From Octopus vulgaris (Eukaryota), in assembly GCA_951406725.2 (NCBI GenBank), contig OX597822.1, forward strand, positions 100,192,001 to 100,256,000: DNA of 64,000 bases, read 5' to 3'. Positions 25,387 through 37,578 of this stretch are shown here, in pieces. The first letter of the stretch is position 1, and each line of letters begins with the position of its first letter. The notes under the pieces were generated by a model that had not been told where the DNA came from, made no database searches, and saw nothing but the letters and a program-made list of their open reading frames with translations. Made by a program: the position numbers and the translations under genes.

Positions 25387-25840
25387 TTAAATTCACAGCT
25401 AACATCACATCAATTATGGCTGTTAGGGATGTTTATGATTTTATTATCTATATATATTATTAGCAAATATATTTATGTATCTGTTTTGTGTCCTTTACAG
25501 TATCCGTACAGTAAGATGTAACCGGACAAGTTATTCAAGGAAAAAGACGAGCAAAGGATCTCGGAGTGAGTCAATTTTCTAATTAAAATTAAAGAGAAAA
25601 CTAAATTTGTGTGCAACATATCTGCCCAGTCCCCAACACAACAACCACCATCCTGCTCTGCATCATTACATCATCATCAATACTAATAACAGCCTACAAA
25701 GACAAACCAACAAAAGTACCTCTATGTGGTTGTCAATTCGTGAGAAACAGCAACCAAATGTCCCTCAGCTCATATAGTTGACAGTAGGTGTCATTAAAAT
25801 AAGGACATATTAAATAACATGATCCTAAACATATGATACC

Positions 25841-26560
25841 TATTTCTTTACTACCCACAAGGGGCTAAACACAGAAGGGACAAGCCAGGACAGACAAATG
25901 GATTAAGTCGATTATATCGATCCCAGTGCGTAACTGGTACTTATTTAATCAACCCTGAAAGGATGAAAGGCAAAGTCGACCTCGGCGGAATTTGAACTCA
26001 GAACGTAGCGGCAGACGAAATACCGCTAAGCATTTCGCCCGGCATGCTAACATTTCTGCCGATTACATCGACCCCAGTGCGTAACTGGTACTTATTTAAT
26101 CAACTCCGAAAGGATGAAAGGCAAAGTCGACCTCAGCAGAATTTGAACTCAGAACGTAGCGGGGGACGAAATACCGTTAAGCATTTCGCCCGGCGTGCTA
26201 ATATTTCTGCCGATTACATCGACCTCAGTGCGTAACTGGTACTTATTTAATTGACCCCGAAAGGATGAAAGGCAAAGTCGACCTCGGCGGAATTTGAACT
26301 CAGAATGTAGCGGCAGACGAAATACCTATTTCTTTATTACCCACAAGGGGCCAAACACAGAGGGGACAAACAAGGCCAGACATAGGTATTAAGTCGATTG
26401 CATTTGACCCCAGTGCGTAACTGGTACTTAATTTATCGACCCCAAAAGGATGAAAGGCAAAGTCGACCTCGGCGGAATTTGAACTCACAACGTAGCGGCA
26501 GACGAAATGCCGCTAAGCATTTCGCCCGGCGTGCTAACGTTTCTGCCAGCTCACCGCCTT
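25841..26560 (-). mobile_element. Tandem tetramer of SINE family B
   Basis: caaagtcgacctc recurs at 25971, 26122, 26273 and 26458 (periods 151, 151, 185). The block is flanked by atcctaaacatatgatacc at 25822-25840 and 26565-26583. Confidence 0.9.
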
Positions 26561-27264
26561 AAATATCCTAAACATATGATACCATAAAAAAGTAAAAATA
26601 AAAAAGTGTGTGTGGGAAACCAGGATTTTTTTCTCTCATAGCTGAGATGCTGTTGATCATAAGTCTACTTAGGTCGAGCTAACTAGGATCAAAACAGCAA
26701 CAGCTGTAGTTTATGAGGTAACAACTAAATTTCCTCTGCCACCTTTCAAATGGCAATCAAATACACACGGTCCTAAAATGTAATTACATGTTCACATTAA
26801 ATTCTATATTACAGTCTCTGTCTGCCCCATAAGAGGTGGTGGCCTGGATTTCACAGCAATGACAACAACAACAACAAAAACTACAACCACCACCACTACT
26901 ACCACTACAAGCCACCCATGGCTATCTCAATTTGAGCAGTAGATAAACAGAAGAGAGTTTCAGTTTGTATTGCTATGCACATAGCCAAGGTACTTAATTC
27001 TCGCTGGTGCTGTCTATCTAGATATAGATAGATGCCACGTGGATGGAGAGGCTCATGGTTGTAATCAGCAGTAGCAGTGTAAAATTTACAAGTTTCATTT
27101 TGTTTAGAATGGTGAGTTTGAATTCTCTTGGTCTGTGATCTGAATGCCATGAACTGAACATGATTTTGTCACAACCAGTTCAGAATTTGACTTGAGAAGG
27201 AAAGAAACTGCATAGAAATGCCATTGGAATATCCCCAACATCATCATCCTCTGATGTAAGCCAG

Positions 27265-27572
27265 TGAGGAAGCCTCTTCATGGTCACTCGACTTGCTAGA
27301 AATAGCAGCCAAATATCAGTCAGATTGTATCCTACTCTCTTAAACAGGGTAGTGCACTTTGATTATATTGATGTTGTTCTAAATATATTATGTCTGGAAA
27401 ATGAGACAAAATGATCATTGAGGAAGCCTCTACATGGTCACTTGACTTGCTAGAAATAGCAGCCAAATATCAGTCAGATTGTATCCTACTCTCTTAAACT
27501 GGGTAGTGCACTTTGGTTATATTGATGTTGTTCTAAACATATCATGTCTGGAAAATGAGACAAAATGATCAT
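27265..27572. repeat. 154-bp direct tandem duplication
   Basis: tgaggaagcctc...aaaatgatcat at 27265-27418 and 27419-27572, few mismatches. Confidence 0.9.
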
Positions 27573-27699
27573 GGCTGGAAAGTTGTTGACCATAGGTCTG
27601 CTTGATTTATGGTTGACTTGATGTGAGGTTAATCCACCTGATCATTGTCATCATCATTGCTGTTGTTGCAATCGTCGTAGTCATCAGCATTGTTGTTGG

Positions 27700-29420
27700 C
27701 ATCATCATCATCATCATCATCGTTTAACGTCCGTTCTCCATGCTAGCATGGGTTGGACGGTTCGACCGGGGATCTGGGAAGCCAGAAGGCTGCCCCAGGC
27801 TCTGGTCTTATCTGGCAATGTTTCTACAGCTGGATGCCCTTCCTAACGCCAAACACTCCGTGAGTGTAGTGGGTGCTTTTTACGTGCCACCTGCACTGGA
27901 GCCAGGCGAGGCTGGCATCTCCCACGGTCGGATTGGTGCATTTTTACGTGCCACCTGCACGGAAGCCAGTCGAGGCAGCACTGGCTTCGGCCACGATTTG
28001 AATAGTGCTTTTTACGTGCCACCGACACGGAAGCCAGTCAAGGTGGCGTTGGCATCGGCCACGATTCGGATAGTGCTTTTTACGTGCCACCGACACGGAA
28101 GCCAGTCGAGGCGGTGCTGGCATCAGCCACGATTCGGATAGTGCTTTTTACGTGCCACCGACACGGAAGCCAGTCGAGGCGGTGCTGGCATCAGCCACGA
28201 TTCGGATAGTGCTTTTTACGTGCCACCGACACAGAAGCCAGTCGAGGTGGCGCTGGCATCAGCCACGATTCGGATAGTGCTTTTTACGTGCCACCGACAC
28301 GGAAGCCAGTCAAGGCGGCGTTGGCATCGGCCACGATTCGGATAGTGCTTTTACGTGCCACCGACACGGAAGCCAGTGGAGGCGGCGCTGGCATCAGCCA
28401 CGATTCGGATAGTGCTTTTTACGTGCCACCGACACGGAAGCCAGTCAAGGTGGCGTTGGCATCGGCCACGATTCGGATAGTGCTTTTTACGTGCCACCGA
28501 CACGGAAGCCAGTCGAGCGGCGCTGGCATCAGCCACGATTCGGATAGTGCTTTTTACGTGCCACCGACACGGAAGCCAGTCGAGGCGGCGCTGGCATCAG
28601 CCACGATTCGGATAGTGCTTTTTACGTGCCACCGACACGGAAGCCAGTCGAGGCGGCGCTGGCATCAGCCACGATTCGGATAGTGCTTTTTACGTGCCAC
28701 CGACACGGAAGCCAGTGGAGGCGGTGCTGGCATCAGCCACGATTCAGATAGTGCTTTTTACGTGCCACCGACACGGAAGCCAGTCGAGGTGGCGCTGGCA
28801 TCGGCCACAATTCGGATAGTGCTTTTTACATGCCACCGACACAGAAGCCAGTCGAGGCGGCGCTGGCATCGGCCACGATTCGGATAGTGCTTTTTACGTG
28901 CCACCGACACAGAAGCCAGTCGATGCGGCGCTGGCATCGGCCACGATTCGGATAGTGCTTTTTACGTGCCACCGACACGGAAGCCAGTCGAGGCGGCGCT
29001 GACATCAGCCACGATTCGGATAGTGCTTTTTACGTGCCACCGACACGGAAGCCAGTCGAGGCGGCGCTGGCATCAGCCACGATTCGGATAGTGCTTTTTA
29101 CGTGCCACCGACACGGAAGCCAGTCGAGGCGGCGCTGGCATCGCCACAATTCGGATAGTGCTTTTTACGTGCCACCGACACAGAAGCCAGTCGAGGCGGC
29201 GCTGGCATCGGCCACAATTCAGATAGTGCTTTTTACGTGCCACCGACACGGAAGCCAGTCGAGGCGGCGCTGGCATCGGCCACAATTCAGATAGTGCTTT
29301 TTACGTGCCACCGACACGGAAGCCAGTCGAGGCGGCGCTGGCATCGGCCACAATTCAGATAGTGCTTTTTACGTGCCACTGACACGGAAGCCAGTCGAGG
29401 CGGCGCTGGCATCGGCCACA
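27700..29420 (-). mobile_element. RTE 3'-end-derived repeat carrying an amplified 68-bp array
   Basis: (CAT)n tail at ~27700-27720, family core 27721-27880, then tandem modules to 29420. Confidence 0.9.
28003..29420. repeat. GC-rich minisatellite, 68-bp unit, about 21 copies
   Basis: Unit agtgctttttacgtgccaccgacacggaagccagtcgaggcggcgctggcatc(a/g)gccacgattcggat; period 68 (e.g. 28073 to 28141); two more diverged units precede it from ~27872. Confidence 0.95.
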
Positions 29421-30921
29421 ACAACAATTACAATTGCCATTTTGTAATAATTTTGTTTCATTTCCCATTCATGATAAACCTTATCTTCATTAAAAAACAT
29501 TTTTTCTTTCATTTTTCACTCTTGTTTATGAAATTGTGGAGTTCATTGCTCCCTCTCTCTCTCCCCTTCCCTCTCCCCACTCGCTCAAAGACTTGAAGTT
29601 TTTATTTAATTCCTTCTGGGTTGTTTGTTCATGGAACACATATATTCATCGCAAATGTCCAAAAGCAAGAATTGTAAAATATTGAACTGTTATTTAATCT
29701 TATTAAATCTGTTGAAGCGTTTCACAATGTCTTCTTTAAATCATAAAAGAATAGTGGAATTGAAGAAAAAGAGATGAAAGTTAATTTTTACTCGTTGGGA
29801 ATTGCAAAATGTCAAGTGGTCATCATTTTCAAATGTGATTGGAAACATTACATTATAGTTGTGGCACAAAGAGAAATGCATCTGCACCAAATTATATTTG
29901 ATGGTTTATCATCATCATCATCATCATCCTCATCCACTTTTCCATACTCGCATGGGTTGGATGAAGTTTATTTGAGATAAATTTTCTACGGCCAGATGTC
30001 CTTTCTATGGCCAACCCTCACCTGTTTCCGACCAAGTTGGAATGTTTCTCTGTGGCCAGACATGTTCATGCTGTGTATTGGAAATAAATGATACTGCTGT
30101 TTCTATAACAGTAAGTGTCATTTATGATCATCATGCAATACCACAACAGAGAGACACAAACTCACATACACACTCACTTAGGTATACATATGTACACTCA
30201 CACACACACACACTCTCTATCTCTCTCTCTCACATACGACAGGGTTCTTCCAGTTTCTATCTAACAAATGTATCCACAAGGTTTTAGTTGGTCTGGGGCT
30301 GTAGTGAAAGACACTTACCCTATGTGCCATGTTGTGGAATTGAACCTGGAACCATGTGGTTGGTAAGCAACTTTCTTGCCGCACCTGCACCTATATCTAC
30401 ATTTTATTCATTAAACAGATTATGGTGTTTTTAATATGAGTTTAGCAATTAAAAATTTCAAGAATTCAGCATGATAAATGGATCACCAGAGTTAATACAT
30501 CATCATCATTTTAATGTTCACTTTTCCCTGCTTGATGGAGTTTGTTAAGGTGAATGTTCTATGGCCAAATTCTGTTTCTGTCACCAAACATCACCTAACT
30601 TCCAAGTAAGGTAATATTTCCGGATCTTTTCGGTTTGAACGGCAGTTTTTCTAGTGGTGTTATATGAAATTGTCACCCATAATTATGACCCTAGTATCGA
30701 TCTATTGCATTTCAATCTGTTTTAGGGTTAGGGTTAGGGGTGGGGGAAAGGGTATCTTTTTTTCTTCAGAAATGTAAATAAACCCAATCTGTTTCTTAAA
30801 CGAGAGACATATTTATACGGCACAGAATGTTTTCACTTCTATAGACGTCATTGATTGGTTGAAATTGCAGAAATTGAAGAAAAAAAACAACAAATATCTT
30901 ACAAACTATAGAATTTTCTCA

Positions 30922-31070
30922 GGCGTTAGGAAGGGCATCCAGCTGTAGAAACACTGCCAGATAAGACTGGAGCCTGGTGCAGCCTTCTGGCTTCCCAGAT
31001 CCCTGGTCGAACCGTCCAACCCATGCTAGCATGGAGAACGGACGTTAAACGACGATGATGATGATGATGA
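30922..31070 (+). mobile_element. 5'-truncated RTE 3'-end repeat nested in the MITE
   Basis: ggcgttaggaagggcatcc...(GAT)n; absent from the empty MITE copy at 32446-32845. Confidence 0.85.
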
Positions 31071-31110
31071 AAGCCAAGAGAAAAAGATGTTTTATAAACA
31101 CATTCTATTA

Positions 31111-31526
31111 GGCGCAGGAGTGGCTGTGTGGTAAGTAGCTTGCTAACCAACCACATGGTTCCGGGTTCAGTCCCACTGCGTGGCATCTTGGGCAAGTGTC
31201 TTCTGCTATAGCCCCGGGCCGACCAATGCCTTGTGAGTGGATTTGGTAGACGGAAACTGAAAGAAGCCTGTCGTATATATGTGTATATATATGTATGTGT
31301 GTTTGTTTGTGTGTCTGTGTTTGTCCCCCTAGCATTGCTTGACAACCGATGCTGGTGTGTTTATGTCCCCGTTACTTAGCGGTTCGGCAAAAGAGACCGA
31401 TAGAATAAGTACTGGGCTTACAAAAAAAGAATAAGTCCCGGGGTCGAGTCGCTCGACTCAAGGCGGTGCTCCAGCATGGCCGCAGTCAAAGGACTGAAAC
31501 AAGTAAAAGAGTAAAAAAAAGAGAGT
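31111..31526 (+). mobile_element. CORE-like tRNA SINE (family A), full length, nested in the MITE
   Basis: ggcgcaggagtggctgtgtggtaag...ggttccgggttcagtccc...aagtaaaagagtaaaa; absent from the empty copy. Confidence 0.9.
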
Positions 31527-32445
31527 AGTATATGAAGTTTAAAAGTGTTTAGTTACGTGGAAATTATTTTAAAAAACTGCCATTCAAACCGAAAAGATCC
31601 ATATTTCCTCTTGACCAGACATTTTCCATGGAAGATTGGAAATCAAGGACACTGCATGTGTGACAGTGACACATATTTATGAATATCACACAATGTCAAA
31701 GCAAGGAGGCAGTAACATACACACACATATAGACACATCTAGATATACACAATGGGCTTCTTTCAGTTTCTATCTACCAAATCCACTCACAAGGCTTTGG
31801 CCAGCCCGGAGCTATTGTAGAAAACACTTGCCCAAGGTCCTATGCAGTGGGACTGAACTCTGAAACCTTGTGGTTGGGAAATGAACTTCTTAAATACAAG
31901 ACCATGCCTGCACATATCACTGTGTCTGAAAAATAAAAAAAGACAGGATGATCATGTTTGGAATGCCTTTTGACTATAGGTCTACTTAGAGCTAACTTTG
32001 GGCTAAACACATCAACAGCAATCAGTAAAGTTAGTAATTTCCAATAATCACAATTGAAAATAATTTTTTCAGGCCACATTTCCCACAGACTCTCGCCACA
32101 TACTTATTTACGCAGGACTTCAAAACCTAATAAGCTTTCTCAGTGTCTCTCCTTTTATTTTTCAGCAAGGAACCATTTCTTCTTGGATTAATCAGGTAAT
32201 TTAACTCTATTCTTGCTCAGCTCATTTATCCAAAACAAAATGCATAATACACTCTTTGAACACAGTCTGTTTTGACGTTGTGTCAAATAAAGTACTGGTG
32301 TGAAAGTTAGGAGAGAGTTTGATGTTGTTGATAACTACCTTTAAATTTTTTACCCTTTCAAACGTTTACAGAAGATTGTTGGTTACATTGAATATACACA
32401 TTCAAAAAATATACAGTAGGGAATATGAGCGCATAAATACAATTA

Positions 32446-32845
32446 GGATCTTTTCGGTTTGAACGGCAGTTTTTTCAAGCGGTGTCATATGAAATTGTCA
32501 CCCATAATTATGACCCTAGTATCGATCTATTGCATTTCAATCTGTTTTAGGGTTAGGGGTGGGAGGAATGGTATCTCTTTTTCTTCACAAATGTAAATAA
32601 ACCCAATCTGTTTCTTAAACGAGGGACATATTCATATGGCACAGAATGTTTTTTACCTCAATACATGTCATTGATTGGTTGAAATTGCAGAAATTGAAGA
32701 AAAAAAACAACAAACTATAGAATTTTCTCAATAAAGCCAAGAGAAAAAGATGTTTTATAAACACATTCTACCAGTATATGAAGTTTAAAATTTTTTAGTT
32801 ACCTAGAAATTATGTTAAAAACTGCCATTCAAACCGAAAAGATCC
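32446..32845. mobile_element. Uninterrupted 400-bp Merlin-like MITE
   Basis: Same TIRs as 30622-31600; 8-bp TSD tacaatta at 32438-32445 and 32846-32853; internal ttagggttagggg. Confidence 0.9.
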
Positions 32846-33671
32846 TACAATTATTGAAGGTTGCAAGGAATGCGAACATTTTTGTTTTGTAATAGAAACC
32901 TTATTAGTTGGCCAAGTTGGCAGAGTCATTAGAATATGAGATAGAAAGGCTTGCAATATTCATTCCATCTTATTGAGTGCTGAGTTCAAATCCTGCCATG
33001 GTCAACTTTGCTTTCTATTCTTTTAGGGTTGATAATTAATGCACCCTAGTCCAGTGCTGGGGGTGGAAGTTGAGGATCTACTTCTTTCTCGTTGGAAAAA
33101 ATTAACTGCGTTTAGATCTGGAAAGGGTTATGCTCTGCTGGATTTAAAATGTGCATGACATGTTCTATGTTGCTATGTCACCCCTGCAACAATATCAAGA
33201 GATGAAAGACCAAGGAAGTAGAAATCAAGCTAACAACTAACCTTTAATCAGAGGGAAAACTCACCACATTAAGATAATGGGAAGAAAATAGATGTCACTG
33301 TTATCCAATGTAGTAACTAAAATCTTGGCCCTAGAATACTCAGAATGAATATAGAAAATTTAGTGGGTTGTTTAAATTAAAGAACTGGAAGATGAAATTT
33401 AGTTTATCAAGAATTTGGCCTTGTCTGTTAAGGATTTCTTAAATGAAAACAAAGTTATTGAGAGTTATAAATAGGAAAGTGGATACTAACCTGCTTAATG
33501 TATTGAGATAAGAAATTTTAATTAATTAATATTTCACCTGAAGTAAGCAGAACAATTATTAACATAATGATTAATTATGTTCAGGAATGCAGTTGTTAGA
33601 AACTCGTGTTATATTTTGGTGTTATCAAATCTCATTAGTGACTGTTTAGCACTGTTAGAGCTAAATAACTG

Positions 33672-33730
<59 letters not shown>

Positions 33731-33733
<3 letters not shown>

Positions 33734-34138
33734 ATATATAAACAGCAGTTTGTCTGTCTGTGTGTCTGTCAGGTTGTACCCTCACCCTGACCACGGCTTT
33801 CAACCGATTCTGATGAAACATGACACACATATAGCCCAATGTCATAATTCAAAACTAACGCAGCGAAAATTTTGAAAAGTTCCCCCAGTCCTGAAAAAAA
33901 TTGATAAATTCGACATGTGGTCGAGAATCTAAGCTTTTTATATGCAACACATTTTCTGTCTAGAGGACACAACTCGACCTTTTTATTGCCCAAAGGGACA
34001 GCTAGGAATATCGTATACACAGAAGTATTCGAGTGAAGAGAAGACATTGCAACCTACACATGCGCCTTCGTTCCCTAGAGGGAAAGGACTAGACTAGGGG
34101 CTCTTACATACCCAGGCAACGCCGGGCTATGCTGCTAG
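33731..34138 (+). mobile_element. Non-autonomous Helitron (third family) inserted in (TA)n
   Basis: A|TC start; cccaggcaacgccggg hairpin; ctgCTAG|T end. Confidence 0.85.
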
Positions 34139-35392
34139 TATATATATATATATAAATTTATATAAATAAGGATAAGATTGTTATTTAAAATACTGATCAT
34201 ATCAAGTGGCTAGCATGGGAATACAAAATGGAACTAGAACGCAAAACATCCAGATGGTTCGGTGATACAAGAAAGGGACAACAAAACATCCAGATAAACG
34301 ATACAAAGAAAACAAGGACAGGTCATTCAGAGTTTTCTTACCTCAGTTGAGTTCCAGATTATCTTTGCAATTTTGGCTGTATATCTTTAATATGTCTTTA
34401 TTATTGGTATAAAGCCCTGAAATTTGATGGGAGAGGTGGGTGGAGGTAGTTAATAATATCAACCCCCAATGCTTAACTAGTACTTATTTTATCAACCCCA
34501 AAAGGATGAACGGCAGAGTTGACCTTGGTGGAATTTGATTTCAGAATATAAAGCCGAAAGAAACATGGCAACATATTTTGTCCCATCCTCTACTGTTTCT
34601 GCCTGCCTCCTGCCCCTCTTTTTCTCCCCTCTCTCACACACTGTTAATGAATGAACACTTAATTACATGGAAACTTAAAAAGAATGACAAGGATGGGAAT
34701 ATCCAAGGATGCTTACTGCTTGAAAGATAGATAGTAAACTTGGTGCTCTCATAATTAATAAGAAAACTTAATTGTGAGTTAGGCTTGTCAAGGAAGTAGT
34801 AGCAGAATAAGTTGACAAAGTGCTGGACTTCTGATTGAAACCTTCATAGTTGCATCTTTTCTCCACAGTCATTTCATTCTTACTGATTCCATTCATAAAA
34901 CACATGCTGTTTACAAGGGGAAAAATAGCTACTCAAACACATCAAGAACATTCTTTGATGATTGTTTTGGAAGCTATGGAAACATTCAATCAATCAATTA
35001 GTCAATTTTTGTTCTATCCATTCAGCCAGCTGTGACTCGTGCATTCTAATCCTTGTGTATTAGTTAAATCTTGACAATTTCATAAGCCTTTCAAAGTGTC
35101 TTTTGTTTTATTGATTACTGTCCTATTTAAAAAAAGTATGTACAAGCTTTAAGGTTAGTTAATGTTGAGACAGAAAATTGCTAGCTGTTGATTTTTTTTA
35201 TTAATTATTGTTGTTAAAGTTACACACCGCCTTCTGTACACAAGAGAATGTTATGTACAGAATGAAGTGTTCTCTCGTTCTTTGCATAACATTCTACTAT
35301 CCTACTGTTGTTGTCTATTATACACTTCATTCTCTACATAATGTTGTGTATAGAATGAGAGAATGAGTATTTTAACCATACTGTACATAATT

Positions 35393-36041
35393 CATCATCA
35401 TCATCATCGTTTAACATCTGCTTTCCATGCTAGCATGGGTTGGACAAATGACTGAGGGCTGGCGAACCAGATGGCTGCACCAGGCTCCAATCTTGATCTG
35501 GCAGAGTTTCTACAGCTGGATGCCCTTCCTAACGCCAACCACTCCGAGAGTGTAGTGGGTGCTTTTACGTGCCACCGGCATGGGGCCAGCCAGGCGGTAC
35601 TGGCAACGACCTCGCTTGAATCTCTTACACATGCCACTGGCACAGGTGCCAGTAAGGCGATGCTGGTAACGATCACGCTCGAATGGTGTCTTTTACATGC
35701 CACTGGCATGGAGGTCAGATAGCTGCTCTGGCAACGATCATGCTCGAGTGGTGCTCTTAATACCCTACTAGCATGGGGCTTGAGTGCCAGTAAGGTGACG
35801 CTGGTAACGATCACACTCGAATGGTGCCTTTTAAGTCCCACTGGCACTGAAGCCGGTTAGCCGCTCTGTCAATGATCACACTTGTATGGTGCTCTTTGCA
35901 CCCTGCTAGAACGGATGCCAGTCATTGAATTTGATTTTGATTTTGATTTCACTTGCACAGGTCTTCGCAAGCAGAGTTTTAGTGTCCAAAGAAGGAAAGG
36001 GTACGCATATGTGGGCTGGTTATGCCCCTGGCATAGGCCTC
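35393..36041 (-). mobile_element. RTE 3' UTR fragment with several diverged modules
   Basis: (CAT)n tail, core motif, about 6 diverged modules, then caggtcttcgcaagcagagt...aaaggg segment shared with 47890-47970. Confidence 0.8.
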
Positions 36042-36260
36042 GAGATAATTATTCTGTACATAAGAGAATGTTATGAAAAGAATGGGAGAATTCCTCATTC
36101 TGTACGCAACAGAATGGTATATACAAAATGCAACAACATCTCATACTATACATAGCAGTTAGGATAATCTCACCTGCCTCATTCAGAGTTGGGTCAATAT
36201 AAATAAGTATGAGTAAGCTACTAGGATTGATTCAAATAACTAAACCTATTCTATTGTGAA

Positions 36261-36592
36261 GGCACATGGCTCAGTGGTTAGAGAGTTGGGCTCTCAATCA
36301 TGAGTTAGTGAGTTTGATTCCTGGACTGGGCTGTGTGTTGTGTTCTTGAGCAAGACACTTTGTTTCATGTTGGTCTAGTTCACTCAGGTGTAGAAATGAG
36401 TTGCAATGTCACAGTTGCCAACCTGTATTGGCCTTTCCCTTTCCCTTGGACAACACTGGTGGCATGGAGAGGGGAGGCCAGTATGCATGGGTGACTGCTG
36501 GTCTTCCATAAATAACCTTGCCCGGACTTATACCTTGGAGGGTAACTTTCTAGGTGCAATCTTATGGTCATTCATGACTGAAAGGGGTCTTT
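36261..36592 (+). mobile_element. tRNA-derived SINE (fourth family)
   Basis: A box tggctcagtggttag, B box gagtttgattcc, then ttcttgagcaagacact (CORE-like) and ttcactcaggtgtagaaatgagt. Confidence 0.7.
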
Positions 36593-37267
36593 ATTCTAGG
36601 AAAATTCATCTTGTGCTTGATCATAGCCCTGTTGGTGTACACAATGATAGGTCCCATGGTCTGTCACATAGAATTATCTTTTGAGTTTTAATACATTAAC
36701 CACCATGGCCTATTACTGGCTGTTGTGTGAGGTTAAACAATGAACCACTGGTGGTACAAGTGGCGGTTAATGTGTTAAAGACAGCAACTAAATCTTGTAA
36801 GGCATTTTGTTTGTCATTCTGCCAAATGTGCCAATCCACATATAATATATATATATTCATTTCTGATAAAGACAAAAGGCTACAAATTTGATGGGGTTGG
36901 GTGGTATGGTCTACTGTATTGACCTCGAGTACGTAATTGGTACTTATTTCATTAACCCTTGGAGGATGAAGTACAAAGTTTGTCTTGAGTAGTGTTATAG
37001 TAAAGTCGTTATATTAATAAAATATACAAATAAATTAAAATTTCTATATAATAAATTTAAACTTATAGTTATATGATCTTATACATTATAAAATATAAAT
37101 CCATATTATTAGACATTGGTTTGTAATATTAGCACAGTTTGAATATTGTTGATTAAATTCACTCCAGTCTCTGTGTAGTATTAATTTTAACAATTCTGGA
37201 ATGATGAAAGTCAACCAAGTCAACCTTAGCAGAATTTGAACTCAGAACCTAGAATATAAAAGGCTAT

Positions 37268-37578
37268 GGCACGTAAAAAGCACCATCCGAATGTGGCCGA
37301 TGCCAGCGCTGCCTTGACTGGCTTCTGTGCCAGTGGCACGTAAAAAGCACCAACCAATCATGGCTGCTGCTAGCCTCCCCTGACACCTGTGCCGGTGGCA
37401 CATAAAAAGCACCCACTACACTCACGGAGTGGTTGGCGTTAGGAAGGGCATCCAGCTGTAGAAACACTGCCAGATAAGACTGGAGCCTGGTGCAGCCTCC
37501 TGGCTTCCCAGAACCCGGTCGAACCATCCAACCTGTGCTAGCATGGAAAACGGACATTGAATGATGATGATGATGATG
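37268..37578 (+). mobile_element. RTE 3'-end-derived repeat
   Basis: Three ggcac(g/a)taaaaagcacc modules, core motif, (GAT)n tail. Confidence 0.85.

Larger units (their letters stand above)
30622..31600. mobile_element. MITE with GG-starting TIRs and 8-bp TSD (Merlin-like), carrying two nested insertions
   Basis: TIR ggatcttttcggtttgaacggcagttttt / aaaaactgccattcaaaccgaaaagatcc; TSD atatttcc at 30614-30621 and 31601-31608; inserts at ~30922-31070 and ~31111-31526. Confidence 0.9.

Noticed and set aside
27740-28683. Recurrent ORFs containing FLQLDALPNANH or FYVPP as a gene family
   Set aside because: They are antisense readings of the RTE 3' UTR repeat; frames and stops vary between copies.
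28003-29420. CRISPR-like array
   Set aside because: Units are contiguous near-identical 68-mers with no unique spacers, there are no cas genes, the context is eukaryotic, and the unit derives from a retroposon UTR.
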